Below are positions 10,693-21,700 of a stretch of DNA of 64,000 nucleotides, one piece after another (position 1 is the first letter of the stretch; every line of letters begins with the position of its first letter). The stretch is from Thainema sp. GTDB lineage: Bacteria > Cyanobacteriota > Cyanobacteriia > Phormidesmidales > Phormidesmidaceae. Made by a program: the position numbers and the translations under genes. The DNA is taken from the NCBI GenBank assembly GCA_052168235.1, contig JBQLZK010000001.1, positions 64,001 to 128,000 on the forward strand, in the 5' to 3' direction. The notes beneath the pieces were generated by a model. It saw only the letters and a program-made list of their open reading frames with translations. It was not told the origin of the DNA and made no database searches.

Positions 10693-11868
10693 ATGAAAAT
10701 GCGAGCAATCCGTCATCAAGCTATTCATTTAGGGCTTGCGATCGCAGTGGGTGGTTCGGCTCTAGTCGGGAGTGGCTGTGCAACACAGCCAAATTCATCA
10801 GATTCTGAAGCATTTTCCGACACTTCATCTGAATCGTTTCCTCAAACCTCTGAATTCATCACCACGGATCCAGAGGCGGCGGCTGATGCTGCATCGGCAC
10901 CAGCAACGGAAGAGAAAGAGTTTAGTGATGTTCGTGATCTTTATCAAGAAGCGTTGAAAGATGGTGATAGTGCCATTTCGCTTTCGCAATCAGCTTTCAC
11001 GTCTCAAGATTGGCAGTTGGTAGTGAGTCGCTGGCAGCGTGCGATCGCACTTTTGCAGCGAATACCTGCTTCTCACGCCAACTATGGGGATGCGCAGCAA
11101 AAGCTTCAAGAGTTTCAGACTCAACTCAGCACTGCTCAGCAGAAGGTGGATCAGCCTAGCCCCAACCGTACGCTTGAACTCGATGCTGAAGCACTAGCGG
11201 CGGCTCAGCAGGCGGCTCAACAAACTAATCAAGCCGCCAGTGCGGCTACCGGCAGCGCCGCCGCCAGTAGCTTTATCGAATTATGTGATGGTCAATCATC
11301 CCTCACAGATGATGCTCAACATACGGTGCAGGCGCTGTTGGAACTGGCTGGCACTGAAAACTGTAGTGAAGCTGCAACCGCTTTGGCGACCCAAACAGTG
11401 ATTGATTTAGGTGGCAAAGAAATTGTGGACGTGCAGCCGCTGACCAGTTTGCCCCAGATGACTGAGCTACGACTGGGTTCAAATGCGATCGCAGATTTGA
11501 CGCCACTATCTTCTTTGACCCAACTTGAAACTCTACTGCTCAACAATAATCAAATTGCTGATGTTGCGCCGTTGGGGTCGTTAACGAAACTGAAAACCCT
11601 GATTTTGAACAATAATCAGATCGCCAATATTGCACCATTAGCCGCTCTTACAGCCCTAGAGCAGCTTGAACTGCGTAACAATGCGATTGACCAAGTTACT
11701 GCCCTAGCTTCGCTGACCCGTTTGCAGCAGTTAAGCCTCAGCGATAACCAAATTGAAACTGTGAAAGCGCTATCTCCTCTAACTCAGCTCAAAAATTTGA
11801 GTTTAGACGGCAATCCTCTAGCGAGTAAAAGCTGTCCGGTTGAAGATGAAGCTGTTTGCCGTTTTTAA
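10693..11868 (+). CDS. Internalin-like leucine-rich-repeat lipoprotein
   Basis: Lipobox-like GSGC and about six 22-aa LRRs (LxxLxLxxNxIxDxxPL). Start at ATG 10693 after AGAGAGG. Confidence 0.85.
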   Translation: MKMRAIRHQAIHLGLAIAVGGSALVGSGCATQPNSSDSEAFSDTSSESFPQTSEFITTDPEAAADAASAPATEEKEFSDVRDLYQEALKDGDSAISLSQSAFTSQDWQLVVSRWQRAIALLQRIPASHANYGDAQQKLQEFQTQLSTAQQKVDQPSPNRTLELDAEALAAAQQAAQQTNQAASAATGSAAASSFIELCDGQSSLTDDAQHTVQALLELAGTENCSEAATALATQTVIDLGGKEIVDVQPLTSLPQMTELRLGSNAIADLTPLSSLTQLETLLLNNNQIADVAPLGSLTKLKTLILNNNQIANIAPLAALTALEQLELRNNAIDQVTALASLTRLQQLSLSDNQIETVKALSPLTQLKNLSLDGNPLASKSCPVEDEAVCRF

Positions 11869-12126
11869 ATCCCCGGAGGTGATTGCGCGACTGCCTAATT
11901 CGGCTGGATTAAATGGACGCTTTAAAGCTGACTCGTAAACGCCTTGCTTGGATAGAGATGCTACGTCTTCTCAGGATTAGCCGATCTCAAACGCTGCTCT
12001 TTCGTGCTACGCTCAGCGTTGTCATTATGGGATAAAGCTGTGTCACTAAAGTCCAAGCATTTTCTTGGGAAACACTAGCAGCACCAGCCATCACCAAATC
12101 ATTGGGTTCTAATCCATCGATTAAAT

Positions 12127-12909
12127 ATGAGGATTCATCCTACCGCTGTAGTTGAACCGGGAGCCGAACTGGGCGAAAGAGTAACGGTTGGCCCCTTTGC
12201 CTATATTGATACTCAGGTAAAAGTCGGGGCTGGCTGTGCGATTGGCCCTCGGGCGACGCTGCTGCGCTATACAACTTTGGGTGAAAACTGCCGAGTTCAT
12301 GCGGGGGCCGTCATTGGCGATACGCCGCAGGATTTGGCTTTTGAAGATGTCGAAACGTATGTGAAAATCGGCGATCGCTGTGATTTGCGGGAGGGTTGCA
12401 CGGTACATCGTGGGACTCAGCCCGGCTCAGTCACGGTTGTCGGCGATGACTGCTTGCTGATGGCCAATAGCCATGTGGCGCATAATGCCCAAATTGGTAA
12501 TCGGGTTATTTTAGCGAACAATGCCCTGATTGCAGGGTATGCCCAGGTGGGCGATCGCGCCTTTATCAGCGGTGGCTGCCTGGTGCATCAGTTTACTCGT
12601 GTTGGCCGACTGGTGATGATGTCAGGCGGTTCGGCCGTGCAGAAAGATGTGCCGCCTTTTTTTATGACGCGGGGCGTCACGATTAACACCATCATGGGCT
12701 TAAATGTTGTCGGTTTGCGTCGGGCTGGATTAAGTAGTGATGAGCGCCAGGTGCTCAAGCGAGCAATTCAGGTGCTTTACCAGTCGGGCCTAAGTGTTCC
12801 CAGTGCCGTTGACAAGCTAGAGCAGGAACTTGATTCACCGCTGATCGATGAAATTTGTGCGTTTATTCGCACCTCAGAGCGGGGAATTTGCAAGTTTTTT
12901 CGTCGCTAA
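12127..12909 (+). CDS. lpxA: Acyl-ACP--UDP-N-acetylglucosamine O-acyltransferase
   Basis: MRIHPTAVV hexapeptide repeats, PQDLAF, HRGT, NSHVAHN, HQFTRVG, DVPPF, GLNVVGLRRAG. Confidence 0.88.
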   Translation: MRIHPTAVVEPGAELGERVTVGPFAYIDTQVKVGAGCAIGPRATLLRYTTLGENCRVHAGAVIGDTPQDLAFEDVETYVKIGDRCDLREGCTVHRGTQPGSVTVVGDDCLLMANSHVAHNAQIGNRVILANNALIAGYAQVGDRAFISGGCLVHQFTRVGRLVMMSGGSAVQKDVPPFFMTRGVTINTIMGLNVVGLRRAGLSSDERQVLKRAIQVLYQSGLSVPSAVDKLEQELDSPLIDEICAFIRTSERGICKFFRR

Positions 12910-13097
12910 TGGTTTAGTGCTTTATCCATAATTGGATCACTGAAACTAGACAAGTGACGTGGAACCGCCGAGTTGATTTACGTGTAGTTACTTAACAAAT
13001 CGTCTGTTCCGGCGCGATCGCAGCCCATGCTTTTTGGATCATGAGTCACAATAAAACGGAATCTAGTTACTGTGTTCCCCTCTGACTCTACTGAATC

Positions 13098-15911
13098 ATG
13101 AAACGACAGGGACTCTTCCTGACGATTGCGGCAGTTGTTATTCTGTTGCTGCTCTTTTCTAGCACGCTAATCCACTTACTGACGGAATCCTGGTGGTTCG
13201 ATTCCGTTGGCTTCAGCCCGGTCTTCTGGACGCGGATTCGCTGGCAGGTTGGGTTATGGCTTGCCACGTTCCTGATCTACGGTGGTTTTATCTGGTTGAA
13301 CTATCGGCTGGCGCTTCATCTCAGCCGCGATCGCAGATTTTATCTGCTAGAGCGAACAGAACTGGGCAACTATGCTGACTGGATTGTGAATGCGATCGCA
13401 CTGGCCTTTACGATTGGCATCGCCCTACTGGCGGCGTCTGCTACTGTCAGTCACTGGGAAAGCATTTTACGTTTTCTCAATCCGACCCAGTTCGAGCAGG
13501 CTGATCCAATCTACAACACCGATATCGGGTTCTATGTCTTTCAACTGCCTTTCTATCAGCAGTTTCAGTCCTGGCTACTGGCACTGCTGTTTTGGGGACT
13601 GATCATTGCTGCAGTCATCTATGTGCTGAGAGGATCGATTAATCTGGGCCGGGGCTGGACCAATCTACTCACGGGTAATGTGAAGCTGCATCTGAGCGTT
13701 TTGCTAGCTGCGATCGCGGTTGTGATTACGTTTGGCTTCTGGCTTCAGCGGTTTGAGCTGCTGTATTCACCGACCGGTGTTGTCTATGGAGCCGGGTTTA
13801 CAGATATCAATGCTCGCCTACACGCCTACTGGATTATGGGCTTTGTTACCCTAGCGCTGGGCACGCTGTTTGTGATCACCCTGTGGCGCAGTGGGTTTGT
13901 GCTGCCCACCTATGGACTAATTTTTTATATCATCGTTTTTACGGTGGTGGCAGGTCTTTACCCTTGGTTCCAGCAGCAGTTTGTTGTGGCTCCCAATGAA
14001 CTGGCTAAGGAACGGCCTTTTATCGAAAATAATATTGAATTTACGCGCAGTGCCTATCAGCTTGGTGACGTAGAGCGTGACGATTACCCAGCGGAAGACA
14101 ACCTAACGCGGGCTGACATCGAAGCGAGCAGCCCCACGATTCGCAATATTCGCCTGTGGGACTATCGCCCCCTGCTGAGTACCTACCAGCAGCTCCAGGA
14201 AATCCGCGCCTACTACCGCTTTACTGATGTAGACGTAGATCGCTACACGATTGACGGCAACTATCGTCAGGTGATGCTATCTCCCCGTGAACTGGATACG
14301 TCTCGCCTTTCTGAACAGGCGCGTAACTGGGTCAATCAGCGGCTGAAATATACTCACGGCTATGGATTCGCCATGAGTCCGGTCAACGTAGTACGTCCCG
14401 ATGGTCTGCCTCAATTTTTCGTTCAGGATATCCCCCCCCAAACCAGTGTCGATCTGGATGTGCAAGAGACGGCCATCTACTACGGTGAACTGACCGAGGA
14501 TTACATGTTCACGGGCGCAACGATTGAGGAATTTGACTATCCTCAAGGAAATACCAACGCCTCAACTCGCTATGAAGGGGCAGGTGGCGTGCCCGTCGGT
14601 AGTCTACTGCGTCAGCTTGCCTATGCCTTTGATTTTGGCGACTTCAAGCTACTCATTTCTAACTATTTGACCAGTGAGTCTAAGATTCACTACCATCGCC
14701 AAATTCGCGATCGCGTTGCTCACGTTGCCCCCTTCCTGCGCTACGACTCAGATCCTTACATTGCGATTATCGACGGGCGAGTTCAGTGGATTGTTGATGC
14801 CTATACGATTAGCGATCGCTATCCCTATTCTGAACCTGTTGCCCGTGCTTATCGTGCTTCAGCCGCTTTAGGCAATGGGGGTTCTGCTAGTGAGCTAATC
14901 CGCGATCGCACAAACTACATTCGCAACTCGGTCAAGGTGGTGGTGGATGCGTTTGACGGCACGATGCAGTTTTACGTGGTAGATGAAACTGATCCGGTGT
15001 TAGCAACCTACCGTCAGATTTTCCCTGAGTTGTTTCTAGGTGCGGATCAGGTGCCAGAGCAGGTACGTAATCACTTCCGCTATCCGCTCGATTTATTCAA
15101 AATTCAAGCGGTCATATACCTCACTTACCACATGGATACTCCAGAGGTGTTCTACAACCAAGAAGATCTCTGGCGCTTCCCAGTAGAGGTCTATGAAGGC
15201 AACCAGCAGGTGATGGAGCCGTATTACATGATCATGAGCCTGCCAGGACAGAACCAGGAAGAGTTTGTGCTGATTCTGCCGTTTACACCTGTGAATAAAG
15301 ACAACATGATTGCTTGGATGGCAGCGCGATCCGATGGTGAAGACTATGGCAAACTGCTGCTATATGAGTTTCCTAAGCAGGAACTAATTTATGGGCCGAG
15401 CCAGATCGAAGCCCGTATCGACCAAACGCCTGAGATTTCAGAACAGCTTACGCTGTGGAGCCAGCAAGGATCGCGGGTGATTCGTGGAGATTTGTTGGTG
15501 ATTCCAATTCAGGAATCGTTGCTGTATGTTGAACCGATTTATCTGCGGGCTGAACAGGGTGAACTGCCGGAACTGAAGCGAGTGATTGTGGCCTATCAGG
15601 ATGGTGTGGTCATGCGAAATACGCTCGAAGAAGCGCTGAGTGCCCTGTTCGGTGAGGGCGCTACTACATCCACACCTACGCCTGCTCCTCCGACAGCTCC
15701 GGCAGCGCCTCAGCCACCTGCTGCACCCACACCCGCTGTGCCCGATAGTGCCAACATGTCTGAGCTAATTCAATCCGCCCAAACGGCCTACGACAATGCT
15801 CAGGCTGCCCTGCAGCAGGGCAATTGGGCGGAATATGGCCGCCATCAGCAAGAGCTGGAGACAATTTTGAATCAGCTGGCTCAAGAATCAGCGGCTGAAA
15901 ACAGTGATTGA
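13098..15911 (+). CDS. UPF0182 family membrane protein
   Basis: N-terminal TM helices; NIRLWD, DVDRY, YTHGYG, NYIRNSVK, RGDLLVIPI, LYVEPIY; 937 aa. Confidence 0.92.
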   Translation: MKRQGLFLTIAAVVILLLLFSSTLIHLLTESWWFDSVGFSPVFWTRIRWQVGLWLATFLIYGGFIWLNYRLALHLSRDRRFYLLERTELGNYADWIVNAIALAFTIGIALLAASATVSHWESILRFLNPTQFEQADPIYNTDIGFYVFQLPFYQQFQSWLLALLFWGLIIAAVIYVLRGSINLGRGWTNLLTGNVKLHLSVLLAAIAVVITFGFWLQRFELLYSPTGVVYGAGFTDINARLHAYWIMGFVTLALGTLFVITLWRSGFVLPTYGLIFYIIVFTVVAGLYPWFQQQFVVAPNELAKERPFIENNIEFTRSAYQLGDVERDDYPAEDNLTRADIEASSPTIRNIRLWDYRPLLSTYQQLQEIRAYYRFTDVDVDRYTIDGNYRQVMLSPRELDTSRLSEQARNWVNQRLKYTHGYGFAMSPVNVVRPDGLPQFFVQDIPPQTSVDLDVQETAIYYGELTEDYMFTGATIEEFDYPQGNTNASTRYEGAGGVPVGSLLRQLAYAFDFGDFKLLISNYLTSESKIHYHRQIRDRVAHVAPFLRYDSDPYIAIIDGRVQWIVDAYTISDRYPYSEPVARAYRASAALGNGGSASELIRDRTNYIRNSVKVVVDAFDGTMQFYVVDETDPVLATYRQIFPELFLGADQVPEQVRNHFRYPLDLFKIQAVIYLTYHMDTPEVFYNQEDLWRFPVEVYEGNQQVMEPYYMIMSLPGQNQEEFVLILPFTPVNKDNMIAWMAARSDGEDYGKLLLYEFPKQELIYGPSQIEARIDQTPEISEQLTLWSQQGSRVIRGDLLVIPIQESLLYVEPIYLRAEQGELPELKRVIVAYQDGVVMRNTLEEALSALFGEGATTSTPTPAPPTAPAAPQPPAAPTPAVPDSANMSELIQSAQTAYDNAQAALQQGNWAEYGRHQQELETILNQLAQESAAENSD

Positions 15912-15921
15912 GGAACAACGA

Positions 15922-15956
15922 AAAGCGGAGTTTTGTTTACAGACAAACTCCGCTTT
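15922..15956. terminator. Intrinsic terminator hairpin
   Basis: aaagcggagttt...aaactccgcttt just after the UPF0182 stop. Confidence 0.65.
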
Positions 15957-16108
15957 AAAACTCAACGTATAACTGAAAGAACAAAGACTTGAAGTAGCCC
16001 AAAAAGCTGCTAAATCGGTGCGTTTTACCAGCTTTTGAGGCTGCTATATGACCTGATTAGGCTAGATAGCCAAGAAAAAATCCTAGATCAACGACTGATT
16101 TCAGATCC

Positions 16109-16264
16109 TTAGCCAAGATATTGTGCTTCCTGCTCTAGCTGACGCACTAGATTTTCATCGCCTCGAGAACGAGCGGATTCCATCCTTTGCTGGAGCCGTT
16201 GGCGTAATGCTTCACGATGAGCTTCAGCGGTTTTTGTTATGATTTCACGACGTTTTCTGTTCAT
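16109..16264 (-). CDS. pirA: PII-interacting regulator of arginine synthesis, PirA (Ssr0692)-like, 51 aa; not in ORF track
   Basis: Hand translation MNRKRREIITKTAEAHREALRQRLQQRMESARSRGDENLVRQLEQEAQYLG*; NtcA box upstream. Confidence 0.82.
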   Translation of the reverse strand: MNRKRREIITKTAEAHREALRQRLQQRMESARSRGDENLVRQLEQEAQYLG

Positions 16265-16332
16265 GGTAAACATCCAATCCTTTGTTAGTGCGGTAATGAT
16301 TCTACTGCTAATCTAGCATTTTAATTTGTTTT

Positions 16333-16348
16333 TGTAGTTAATGTTACA
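16333..16348 (-). promoter_or_regulatory. NtcA binding site upstream of pirA
   Basis: TGTAgttaatgtTACA is a perfect GTA-N8-TAC. Candidate -10 TAGATT (minus strand, 16310-16315) lies 18 nt away. Confidence 0.8.
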
Positions 16349-16358
16349 GAATCATGTT

Positions 16359-16451
16359 TATAGTGATTCTAGCTAAGAGTGAGAAAACGAGAGAGGAGAG
16401 TGCCTCAAAATGAGGCACTCTCCTCTCTCGTTCTTATCTAGAACCGCTATA
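16359..16451. mobile_element. MITE-like hairpin element (TATAG ends)
   Basis: TIR TATAGTGATTCTAG...CTAGAACCGCTATA around hairpin cgagagaggagagtgcctca-aaa-tgaggcactctcctctctcg. Confidence 0.7.
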
Positions 16452-16585
16452 TTTCGCTTCTGGCCATTATCTTGCCCTTAACTGCAACGATCATTTGCCG
16501 CCGTGTGAGACAAATGACCGTTTGGGATGGTTGATGAGCTAAGTGGAAGAAGGTTTTGTGATTTACGCTTTTGCGATCGCGCTCA

Positions 16586-18217
16586 TCACAACTCTTCGGG
16601 TTGTTGCCCAACAACGACAGGTGCAATTGAGCTGAGTTCTAGTTCCGGGTGTTCGCCTTCCACTTGCTGGCAGTTCCATTCATTTTTGAACAGGAGAACC
16701 GGACGACCCCAGGAATCTTTTACCGTAACGGTATTGAATAAACGCCCCGCTTTTTCGAGTGCCTCCCAGCCACCGCCGACCCAGCGGGCGACGCTATAAG
16801 GTAGGGGTTCTAGCAGAGTTTCGACGTTGTACTCGTTCTGCAGTCGGAACTGGACGACTTCGAACTGAAGCTGTCCGACGGCAGCCAGAATGGGATCGCG
16901 ACGGGATTCATTGGCGGAGTACATGATTTGCACTGCCCCTTCCTCACGCAGCTCATTTACCCCTTTGCGGAACTGCTTGAACTTAGAGGGATTGGGATTG
17001 CGCAGATAAGCAAATAGCTCCGGCGAAAAACAGGGGATACCCTCGTACTCCAGCGACTGTTTGCCTGTATAAATCGTGTCGCCGATCGCAAATACGCCGG
17101 GGTTATTCAAGCCAATCACGTCGCCCGGATAGGCCTCATCCAGCGACTGACGGCCTTGAGCAAACAGCTTTTGAGGGTGAGATAGGCGGACGTTTTTCCC
17201 CGTGCGGGCATGGTTCACCACCATATCTTTTTCGAACTTGCCGGAACACACGCGGATGAAGGCGATGCGATCGCGATGTTTCGGATCCATATTGGCCTGA
17301 AGCTTGAACACGAATCCGGAGAAATCTGACTGAGTTGGCTCCACGTCACCCACGGAACTGCGGCGGGGACTCGGCGGCATAGCGTACTCTAAAAACGCAT
17401 CTAGAAACAGCTTGACGCCAAAGTTGGTCATGGCGCTGCCAAAGAATACGGGTGTCAGTTGTCCGGCATGAACCGCCTCTAAATCCAGGTCTTCACCGAT
17501 TTCTTCAATGATTTCCAGTTCATCTTTGAACTGGTAGTACAAATCGGGATCAATCAGTTCCTCAATGCGGGGATCGCCAAGTGGAATAACGTCTACCTTG
17601 GCTTCTCTGCTACCGTGCGCTGTGCGCTCAAATAGGTGAAATGACTTGGTGCGACGGTCATAAACACCCCGAAACTGGTCGCCGATGCCAATGGGATAGT
17701 TCACTGCATAGGTTTTCAGCCCCAATTCCTGCTCGATTTCGTCCATCAGTTCCAGTGGTTCGCGACCTGGACGATCCATCTTGTTGAAAAAGGTGAAGAT
17801 GGGTAGCGATCGCATTCGGCAGACTTCAAACAATTTGCGCGTTTGAGGCTCCAAACCTTTGGCCGAATCTTCCAGCATGACCGCATTATCGGCAGCCGCT
17901 AGCGTGCGATAGGTGTCTTCACTGAAGTCTTGGTGTCCGGGCGTATCCAGCAGGTTGATCCAGTAGTTGCGATAGTCAAAATGCAGCACAGTTGAGGTAA
18001 TCGAAATGCCCCGCTGCTGCTCCATCTCCATCCAGTCGGAGGTGGCATGGCGCTGGGCCCGACGAGCTTTGACGGCTCCCGCTTCGTGGATGGCTCCACC
18101 GTACAGCAATAGTTTTTCAGTTAATGTTGTCTTACCTGCATCAGGGTGAGAGATAATCGCAAAGTTGCGCCGCCAATCTACAGCACTTTGGATCTCGGCA
18201 GGAGCAGCAGAAGTCAT
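16586..18217 (-). CDS. prfC: Peptide chain release factor 3
   Basis: [59 protein letters not shown] at 18217. Confidence 0.97.
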   Translation of the reverse strand: MTSAAPAEIQSAVDWRRNFAIISHPDAGKTTLTEKLLLYGGAIHEAGAVKARRAQRHATSDWMEMEQQRGISITSTVLHFDYRNYWINLLDTPGHQDFSEDTYRTLAAADNAVMLEDSAKGLEPQTRKLFEVCRMRSLPIFTFFNKMDRPGREPLELMDEIEQELGLKTYAVNYPIGIGDQFRGVYDRRTKSFHLFERTAHGSREAKVDVIPLGDPRIEELIDPDLYYQFKDELEIIEEIGEDLDLEAVHAGQLTPVFFGSAMTNFGVKLFLDAFLEYAMPPSPRRSSVGDVEPTQSDFSGFVFKLQANMDPKHRDRIAFIRVCSGKFEKDMVVNHARTGKNVRLSHPQKLFAQGRQSLDEAYPGDVIGLNNPGVFAIGDTIYTGKQSLEYEGIPCFSPELFAYLRNPNPSKFKQFRKGVNELREEGAVQIMYSANESRRDPILAAVGQLQFEVVQFRLQNEYNVETLLEPLPYSVARWVGGGWEALEKAGRLFNTVTVKDSWGRPVLLFKNEWNCQQVEGEHPELELSSIAPVVVGQQPEEL

Positions 18218-18706
18218 AGGCACCAAAACTCAACAAGATAGACGAAAACTACTTCAGGACAGACATTCAGCTTCTGCCTAAACGTAGACCTCTTCTAAGT
18301 AATTATAGAGACCTTTTCAGAAGCGACGCACAATCAGCCGTTTTGCTGAGTCCCTTTAACGCTGGAATTCTGCTAAAGTTTGCTCATAATTGGGCATCTT
18401 AAGTTAAATTAAGCGGCTATCAAAATTAATTGTGCGATCGCACTTTAATCGGCCACTAAATAATATTTCGCTAAATAAAATTGTAGGTTTTATTTATAGC
18501 TAAAACTTCCTCCTAAGTTGCGACGATGACGGCCTAGATTGAAACCGTCATCACAACCTTGATGGTGTTTCTTCTTTAATCTGATTGACTGAAGCCATAT
18601 TCAAATTTAGGTGTAATTAAATTTGGCGCGATCAAAATCAGGGGCACTCTAATGTTGGACAAATAATGTCATCGGAAACTCTGTACGTCGCGACTTGGAT
18701 CAACGA

Positions 18707-21700
18707 ATGACCAGTGACTTACCGGATCAGCCATCTAACCTGTCGTTTAAGGTGTCAAAGCTCAATCCCAACCATCAATCCATCTCACATCGCCCGATTC
18801 ATCAGCTGATTGAGCAGGTCAATCGAGCTGTTAGTGAGGCGATCGATAGTGAAGCTGCCTTTGAGGTGGTGCTGCAATTGATTTGCCAATTGATTAACGG
18901 AGCACTGGCCGAGATCTGGTTGCCAACTCCTCAGCAGGGTGGATTGTGCATTAGCCCAATATGGTACAGTCCGCAGCCGGAGCAGTTTCAAGCTTTCCGC
19001 AAGGTGAGTGAGCAATTTAGTGTCACCTTGGGCACGGGCTTGCCGGGACGGGTCGCTGTCACTCGCCAGCCAGAATGGATTGCAGCCATTGAAGCTGAGT
19101 CTGACCAGTCGCTGCTCCGTAAGAACGCTGCTCTCCAGGCCAATTTAAATGCTTGCCTGGGCGTTCCGATTAAGGTGGGAGATCGCGTTTTGGCGGTGCT
19201 AATTGTGTGGCTGGTCGATGCCAACTCGGTTGACCCAAGCCAAATTGAGCAGGTGCGCCAAATTCTGACCCAGCTGGGTGCAGTGCTGCGACTCAAGCAG
19301 AGCGAAGCTGTGCTAGCCGAGCAGCAGCAGCGGCTCAAGGCCCTGATGGATTCGCTGCCCGGTATTGTGTTTGTGTCCAATGATGATGCTGAGTGGTCGA
19401 TGCAGTTTCTTAGCCAAGGCTGTTACCCTCTGACGGGCTATTCTCCGTCTGAACTAGCGGGGCCAGTGCGATCGCAATCGTATAACGATATTACTCACCC
19501 CGAGGATCTGCCGCGGGTGTTACAGGCGATTGATGGTGCGATCGCACAGCAGCAGCCCTATGTCGTTGAGTACCGGATTCGAACTAAGCAGGGTGAAGAG
19601 AAATGGCTCTGGGAAAAGGGCTACGGCGTAACCAATGCCCAAGGTAAGGTGATTGGTCTTGAAGGCTTTATCACTGACATTACTGAGCGCAAGCAGACGG
19701 AGCGGACGCTGCAGGAAAAAGAGGCGTTCTTGAAGCTGATCTTGGACAATATTCCCCAGCATATTTTTTGGAAAGATCGCAACTTGACCTACCAGGGCGG
19801 CAACCAAGTTTGGTTGAACTCGATTGGCTTAACCTCGCTGGAGGACGTAATTGGCAAAACTGACTACGATCTTTGGTCCTTAGCTCAAGCCGATAATTTT
19901 CGGGATGCCGATTTAGATGTGCTGGAGCGCCACAAGCGGCGGATCCATGTTATTCGTCGCAAAATTCAGCAGAATGGGGACGAAATTTGGCAAGACGTGA
20001 GCAAAGTGCCGATTTATGATGCCGATAACAACACAATCGGCATTCTAGGCATGTTCGAAGACATCACGGAATGGCGCAAAGCAGAGGAAGCTATTGCCCG
20101 TCGTGAACAGTATTTGGCCGCACTTGTCGATCTGCAGTATCGGTTGCTCAACTTGGAATGGGATGTAAGTGCCGATCTGTATGCTGAAATTTTGCCCATC
20201 TTGGGACAGGCCGCCCAGGCGAGTCGGGCTGGGGTATTCGAAGTGGCAGTCACCAAATTGGATCAAATCCTGCCGCAATCGGATAAACCGATCACGGGCT
20301 CAACCGCGAGACCGAAAATCACCTGCTGGCAACAGTCGATGTGGGCCGATCCGGATTTTGTGTTAGAGCCGGAGCAGTGGCAACTTCAGCTCGAGCTCTA
20401 TCACCATCAGTTAAGTCACTGGTTCGAGCAGTTGCTGGCTGGAGAAGAATTGGTCTGTTTAGCTACGGCTCAGCTAGAGACCGAACTACAGGCCGTATTA
20501 GCGCCCCTTTCTATTCAGGGAGTGCTGATGCTGCCCCTAAAGCAGGGCAAGGATATTTTTGGATTTATCGTTTTAGAAAACTGTACCTACGAACTGTACT
20601 GGGAGGATTCTGAGATTGATTTGCTCAAGGCAGCGGCGGCAGCGATCTCGTTGGCCTACGAGCATCAGCAAACCAAGAGTTCTCTCAAGCAGGCCGAAGT
20701 GAAGTACCGCAGCATTTTTGAAAATGCGGTGGAGGGCATTTTTCAAACTACACCGACAGGTCAGTACCTGACGGCTAATCCGATGCTGGCCCAAATTTAT
20801 GGTTATGACTCACCGGAAGAGTTAATTCAGTCCATCACCAATATCCAAAGTCAGCTCTATGTCGATCCGCAGCGACGTCTGGAGTTTGAGCAGTTAATGG
20901 CGGCACAGGGCTCGGTGTTTAACTTTGAGTCCCAAATCTTTCGCAAAGACGGCAGCATTATCTGGATTTCGGAATCGGCGCGGACGCTCTATGACGAAAC
21001 GGGTGCGATCGCAGGTTATGAGGGCACGGTGGAGAACATCACCCCGCGTAAGCATGACGAGGCAGAACTGCTAAAGCGGGATCACCTGCTGGAGGGCGTG
21101 GCGGCGGCGGCCACCTGCCTGTTGACCCAGCCGGATTTCGCTACGGCCATTCCGAGCGTCCTGTCCATCCTGGGTGAGGCCGCTCAAGCCGATCGGGTTT
21201 ATATCTACGAGAACCATCCCCATTCTCAAACAGGGGAAATGGCGATGAGCATGCGGTTTGAGTGGACTCATGCCGACATTGTGCCCAGCATCAATCAGCC
21301 CCACTGGCAAAATCAGCCCTATCGAGAATTTGGCCTGGATCGCTGGTACCAGAATTTTCAGAAAGGTCAGCCTGTGCGCGGTTTAACGTGCGAGTTTCCC
21401 GCCAGCGAACAGCAAATTCTACTGCGCGACCAGATTCAGTCGATTTTGATGGTGCCGATTTTCATCGATCAGGTGCTGTGGGGCTATATCGGTTTCGATG
21501 CCTGTCAAGAGGCACGGGAATGGACGGCCAGCGAAGAATCGATTCTAGTTGCGATCGCAGCTAGTCTGGGCGGAGCGATCAAGCGCCAGCAAACCGAAGC
21601 CCAAATGCGCCATCAGGCCTTTCACGACAGTTTAACTGGCCTGCCCAATCGCACGTTATTCAATGAGCATTTGCCGCTGGAGATTGCCCATGCTCGCCGC

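Noticed and set aside
18500..18700. c-di-GMP riboswitch upstream of the GGDEF-EAL gene
   Set aside because: Only a short hairpin (gatgacgg...ccgtcatc); the GEMM core motifs are absent.
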